DNA of 64,000 nt from Squalus acanthias (Eukaryota), in assembly GCA_030390025.1 (NCBI GenBank), contig CM059432.1, positions 120,716,001 to 120,780,000 of the forward strand. Direction: 5' to 3'. Numbering within the stretch: position 1 is the first letter of the stretch; each line of letters starts with the position of its first letter. Both the position numbers and the translations under genes were made by a program. This document shows positions 62,356-64,000 of this stretch, in pieces. The notes under the pieces are model-generated. The model did not search any database, had not been told where the DNA came from, and saw only the letters and a program-made list of their open reading frames with translations.

Positions 62356-64000
62356 GATTGTCGTAAAAACCCATCTGGTTCACTAATGTCCTTTAGGGAA
62401 GGAAATCTGCCGTCCTTACAGACGGCAGATTTCCTTCCCTAAAGGACATTAGTGAACCAGATGGGTTTTTACCTGGTCTGGCCTATATGTGACTCCAGAC
62501 CCACAGCAATGTGGTTGACTCTTAACTGCCCTCTGAAATGGCCCAGCAAGTCACTCAGTTGTAACTAACTGCTACAAAACAAAATAATAAGAATTAAACC
62601 GGACAGACGACCCGGCATCGACCTCGGCACTGACTACGGACACGACAACGGCACACCCAGCCCAGTCGACCCTGCAAAGTCCTCCTCACCAACATCTGGG
62701 GACTTGTGCCAAAATTGGGAGAGCTGTCCCACAGACTAGTCAAGCAACAGCCTGACATAGTCATACTCACAGAATCATACCTTTCAGCCAATGTCCCAAA
62801 CTCCTCCATCACCATCCCTGGGTATGTCCTGTCCCACCAGCAGGACAGACCCACCAGGGGTGGTGGCACAGTGGTATACAATTGGGAAGGAGTGGCCCTG
62901 GGAGTCCTCAACATTGACTCTGGACCCCATGCAGTCTCATGGCTTCAGGTCAAGTATGGGCAAGGAAACCTTCTGCTGATTACCACCTCAGCTGATGAAT
63001 CAGTACTCCTCCATGTTGAACACCACTTGGAAGAAGCACTGAGAGTATCAAGGGCACAGAATGTACTCTGGGTGGGGGATTTCAATGTCCTTCACCAAGA
63101 GTGGTTCGGTAGCACCACTACTGACCGAGCTGGCCGAGTCCTGAAGGACATAACTGCCAGACTGGGCCTGCAACAGGTGGTGAGTGAACCAACACGTGGG
63201 AAAAATCTACTTGACCTCATCCTCACCAATCTACCTGTCACAGATGCATCTGTCCATGACAGCATTGGTAGCAGTGACCACCGCACAGTCCTTGTGGAGA
63301 TGAAGTCCCGACTTCACACTGAGGACACCCTCCTTCGTGTTGTGTGGCTCTACCACCGTGCTAAATGGGATAGATTCAGAACAGATCTAGCAGCTCAAAA
63401 CTGGGCATCCATGAGGCGCTGTGGGCTGTCAGCAGCAGCAGAATTGTATTCCACCACAATCTGTAATCTCATGGCCCGGCATATCCCTCACTCTACCATT
63501 ACCACCAAGCCAGGGGACCAACCCTGGTTAAACAAGGAGTGTAGAAGAGCATGCCAGGAGCAGCACCAGGCGTACCTAAAAATGCGGTGCCAACCTGGGG
63601 ATGCTGCAACACAGGACTACATGCATGCTAAAAAGCGGAAGCAGCATGCTATAGACAGGGCTAAGCGATCCCACAATCAACGGATCAGATCAAAGCTCTG
63701 CAGTCCTGCCACATCCAGTCGTGAATGGTAGTGGACCATTAAACAACTAATGGGAGGAGGAGACTCCAAGAATATCCCCATCCACAATGATGGTGAAGCC
63801 CAGCACGTGAGTGCAAAAGACAAGGCTGAAGCGTTTGCAAGCAACTTCAGCCAGAAGTGCCAAGTGGATAATCCATATCGGCCTATTCCTGAGGTCCCCA
63901 CCATCGCAGAAGCCAGTCTTTAGCGAATTCAATTCACTCCACGTGATATCAAGAAACTGGATACTGGATACAGCAAAGGCTATGGGTCCCGACAACATCC
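62356..64000 (+). mobile_element. APE-type non-LTR retrotransposon (probably CR1/L2 supergroup), 5' leader plus endonuclease, running off the window
   Basis: A short leader is followed directly by the APE ORF, with no ORF1 in between. Confidence 0.9.
62691..64000 (+). pseudogene. APE endonuclease and tether region of the LINE polyprotein
   Basis: NIWGL, PDIVILTES, RGGGTVVY, VGDFNV, PTRGKNLLDLIL, SDH and KPGDQPW. Premature TAG at 63729 and ~63921. Confidence 0.9.

Overview
This is eukaryotic, repeat-dense vertebrate DNA, not prokaryotic. The mix of CR1 LINEs, L2 tails, HE1-like and Deu-domain-like SINEs, hammerhead-bearing Penelope repeats and many PIF/Harbinger elements suggests a cartilaginous fish (inference). 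I found no convincing host coding exon, so the window looks intronic or intergenic, and every recognisable ORF is a decayed transposon gene. Main structures: (1) A TIR-to-TIR Harbinger transposon at 5261-12249 with a spliced Myb/SANT gene (+) and a DDE transposase (-). An antisense copy of part of the transposase sits at the 5' end of the transposase gene and was later split by a CR1. (2) An apparently ORF1-less APE LINE at 62356-64000 whose 5' leader and 3' tail both reappear in a tRNA-headed SINE at 19614-20016. (3) Penelope-type repeats with minimal hammerhead ribozymes, including a 179-bp-arm fold-back between 15-bp TSDs. (4) An ORF1-plus-tail CR1 derivative, solo LTRs, MITEs, nested insertions, local inversions and duplications, and a few TE-free stretches that could be conserved enhancers. 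All calls were made by eye. Boundaries without a stated TSD or TIR are approximate.
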